From Yuukianura sp. NJ FZ-2021 (Eukaryota): a stretch of DNA of 64,000 nt. The notes under the pieces were generated by a model. It saw only the letters and a list, made by a program, of their open reading frames with translations, was not told where the DNA came from and searched no databases. This document shows positions 61,197-64,000 of the stretch, one piece after another (position 1 is the first letter of the stretch; every line of letters begins with the position of its first letter). The stretch covers positions 8,618,001-8,682,000 of the forward strand of contig CM102286.1 in NCBI GenBank assembly GCA_046563655.1. The letters run 5' to 3'. The position numbers and the translations under genes were made by a program.

Positions 61197-62924
61197 ATGG
61201 AATACAGTTGTTCAGGTTGTTCAAAAAAGTTTGGACGGTCGGATAACTTTAAACGTCACAAATCGACATGCCAGACTACGCAAGCCCCCATTCCTGTTAA
61301 CGACAACATTGCTTATCACTTGACTCCTGCCGAATATGTGTCGGAAGAGCCTGTCAAAGCATCGCTGTTTATGGACGAGTTATCCGGGGCAACATTTGAT
61401 CATCATTTACGTGCTCCTTTTACGATGTGCATCAGCGGGATGACGCAGAGCGGAAAAAGTACTCTGGTTAAGGAAATCATCCTGTGTCGGAATGAAATCA
61501 TCGTGACGTCTACAGGGGAATCAATCAACCGTGTTACATACTGTTATACAGAATTGCAGCCAGATTTGTTTACACAACTAAAGCATGCCATGCCTCAAAT
61601 AAAGTTTCGCCAAGGGCTCCTGGATAAATGGCATGACGGTTCTGATAAACCGTCCATCGTTGTGTTGGATGATTTAATGCATGAAGTTGGAAAGAAATCC
61701 GAAGTCGGAACTGTGTTCACTAGAACATCTCACCACTGTAATGTATCGCTCATTATTCTTGTGCAAAACTTTTTTCACAAGAACCTGAAGGAAATTACAG
61801 CAAACTGTCGTTACTTGGCTCTGATGAAGAATCCTCGAGACTCTCAGTTTGTTGCTTGTTTGGGCCGTCAGATGAATGGCGGAAAGAAAAATACAACAAT
61901 GGAAACTGCTTACAAAAATTGTTTGTCTAAAGACTATGGATACCTCTTCATAGATTTAACCCAACGACAGAATGATTTGTTTCGCATTAGAGACAATATT
62001 TTTCCTGAAAAGTGTAAAGTTTACGTGAAAGACAAAACTTGCCCGTACATGGTGCTAGAGGAGGCAGAATATGATCAGCTGACTTCGAATAAACCACGGT
62101 CCAAATCGGTATGGATGCCGGCAGTGGAACAGAAAAAGGAAACGGTTCCGTCTGAATCATATATGAGCGACGCAAAAAGAAATTTGATGAAAAGAGAAGT
62201 AACTCAACTACACGACGAGTTCAACAAGGCAAATACATCAGTTGAACTTCAAAACCACATGCTCCATGCCCTCCTTCGTCAATTTCAGGATAGACGAAAC
62301 GTGGAACAGCCAAAGCAAGCTGATTTGAAAGATACAAAAGCAATTGAAGTTGAGGCGAAAGGCATCGAAGAGCACAAGCGGAAGGAGTTGCCAAAACCGA
62401 TTCCGGAACAAAAAAACTTTAATTTTTTATACTTTCCAAAACCAGGACGCAATCTCCTTCAACTTTTTGTGAATAACGGAGCAATCTTACAAGGAGAAAC
62501 TGTCGCTTTCGGTGGTGAACAAATGCAACGATGCGACTTTGAAGACGGAATTCGTGTTCTTAGTGATGGCAGGCGCAGGCTAAATAGTTCATTGTTTGCG
62601 GGAATGATTCAGTTTATGAAATCCCGCAAATTTCCAATACATGAATTACCGGAGGCAAGACAATACCTGTTTCAGACGTTTCAAGGGATGAATCCCAGAA
62701 AGAAGAGACGTATTGTGGAGGATTCTTCCTCTAGCACAAGTGAAGAAGAAACTCCCAGCTCGAGTGATGGTGAAGAAGAAGATGATGACGCAGAGAACGA
62801 GAGCGATCAGGAAAATGCAGTTCATGATGAGCCTGAAAACGAACAAACTGGACATGGGAAAATTGATGATCGCGATGAAGCCTTATATCGCTTTTATTCT
62901 CGCGGGCAACATATGTACCGTTAA
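61197..62924 (+). CDS. 575-aa C2HC zinc finger plus A32/FtsK-HerA-type DNA-packaging ATPase (Polinton/Maverick-type) with long C-terminal extension
   Basis: YSCSGCSKKFGRSDNFKRHKSTC; Walker A GMTQSGKS, Walker B VVLDD, SHH...ILVQNFF, KNPRD, LGRQ, YGYLFIDL; intronless; AATAAA at 63061; first 7 aa of the ORF-track call are HINE-derived. Confidence 0.85.
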   Translation: MEYSCSGCSKKFGRSDNFKRHKSTCQTTQAPIPVNDNIAYHLTPAEYVSEEPVKASLFMDELSGATFDHHLRAPFTMCISGMTQSGKSTLVKEIILCRNEIIVTSTGESINRVTYCYTELQPDLFTQLKHAMPQIKFRQGLLDKWHDGSDKPSIVVLDDLMHEVGKKSEVGTVFTRTSHHCNVSLIILVQNFFHKNLKEITANCRYLALMKNPRDSQFVACLGRQMNGGKKNTTMETAYKNCLSKDYGYLFIDLTQRQNDLFRIRDNIFPEKCKVYVKDKTCPYMVLEEAEYDQLTSNKPRSKSVWMPAVEQKKETVPSESYMSDAKRNLMKREVTQLHDEFNKANTSVELQNHMLHALLRQFQDRRNVEQPKQADLKDTKAIEVEAKGIEEHKRKELPKPIPEQKNFNFLYFPKPGRNLLQLFVNNGAILQGETVAFGGEQMQRCDFEDGIRVLSDGRRRLNSSLFAGMIQFMKSRKFPIHELPEARQYLFQTFQGMNPRKKRRIVEDSSSSTSEEETPSSSDGEEEDDDAENESDQENAVHDEPENEQTGHGKIDDRDEALYRFYSRGQHMYR

Positions 62925-63257
62925 GTTATTATCTTCTTTTTGCCAACGCAGAGTACTTCATTTCAGTAGCCTCATATCCTGTATGTATTGTATGTCTATG
63001 AAGTGTACTTTCGAGTTACGTAACATGTTACTGTGTGTGTATATTCTAATGTTGAAAATAAATAAAGTCGAATCTAAAACGATTTTTCAATTTCTTCTTT
63101 TTTAAGTTATTTGAACATATATTTATTTTTACTAAAGTGGTCAACAATTCACAATTCAAAAACAACATGTTTTTCAAGTTTTAAGTTTTGAATTTTTGAG
63201 GAGACCCTTTTTTCAGGGGGGGTTAGGTTACAAGACTGTGGGGTACAAGACTGGCTA

Positions 63258-64000
63258 GGCTTCGTAATTTTTTCTTACTTAAATTTTGTGCTTAAAATGC
63301 ATGTCAGTTAAGATGAATAAAAAGGCAGTTAATTAACATTCTTAATTGAGACTCTCTACAAAGAATTCTGACGGTGGCAACATCTCCTTTCATGTCACTT
63401 GTACCTTGTTATGAATAGCAGTGGACCTGATACAGCTTTTGTGTAACGGTTTATCGCAGCCTAAGATTTCGTTCAAAAAAATATTTCTCCACATGTATGA
63501 AACGGCATATCATCAAAGTTCTCCACACGACATTTGGCAGCAGCAAGGAATATGTAATATTTTACTTGCTAACAACACTCTCTTGTTTCCACTTTATTTC
63601 GATAGCAGTTCAAATCTACGGTGTAAGTTGGGCTTCGTAATTTTTTCTTACTTAAATTTTGTGCTTAAAATGCATGTCAGTTAAGATGAATAAAAAGGCA
63701 GTTAATTAACATTCTTAATTGCGACTTTCTACAAAGAATTCTGACGGTGGCAACATCTCCTTTCATGTCACTTGTACCTTGTTATGAATAGCAGTGGACC
63801 TGATACAGCTTTTGTGTAACGGTTTATCGCAGCCTAAGATTTCGTTCAAAAAAATATTTCTCCACATGTATGAAACGGCATATCATCAAAGTTCTCCACA
63901 CGACATTTGGCAGCAGCAAGGAATATGTAATATTTTACTTGCTAACAACACTCTCTTGTTTCCACTTTATTTCGAAAGCAGTTCAAATCTACGGCGTAAG
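63258..64000. repeat. About 373-bp tandem repeat, two copies, running off the window
   Basis: GGCTTCGTAATTTTTTCTTAC at 63258 and 63631. Confidence 0.9.

Larger units (their letters stand above)
57333..62400. repeat. Giant imperfect palindrome (arms about 57333-59412 and 59506-62400, 93-bp spacer)
   Basis: Both arms carry ATPase, (GA)n, 36-bp repeats, short (TAACC)n and about 42-bp repeats in mirror order; right arm has an extra HINE. Confidence 0.92.

Overview
Eukaryotic, AT-rich, spliceosomal-intron-containing DNA, probably from an arthropod (inferred from the insect-type TEP and the Medea C-terminus); no rRNA, tRNA or CRISPR was seen. The window is dominated by transposons. Host-type genes: a thioester-less (GSGEQ) TEP/alpha-2-macroglobulin gene (14969-32918, +) broken by a stop and an exonic retrotransposon insertion; a tail-to-tail intron-containing SMAD4/Medea MH2 pseudogene (33154-34585, -) with a second copy of its 3' tail at about 13283-13500; and a small spliced RING-finger gene inside a TIR-bounded segment. 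Mobile elements: a young full-length 10.8-kb Ty3/Gypsy element, a full-length decayed BEL/Pao element, a truncated BEL/Pao, Helentron-associated (HINE/DINE-like) elements, hAT/Sola-like elements and MITEs, a LINE fragment and satellites. The two best candidates for something undescribed: (1) the Gypsy element has no env but carries two small membrane-protein ORFs upstream of gag, each (and gag) preceded by a C-rich tract, plus a 395-aa Pro/Ser-rich ORF behind a splice acceptor in the env position; (2) a ~5-kb palindrome carries head-to-head copies of a zinc-finger plus Polinton/Maverick-type packaging ATPase gene, with no other recognisable Polinton genes in the window. All calls were made by eye; no database searches were run.
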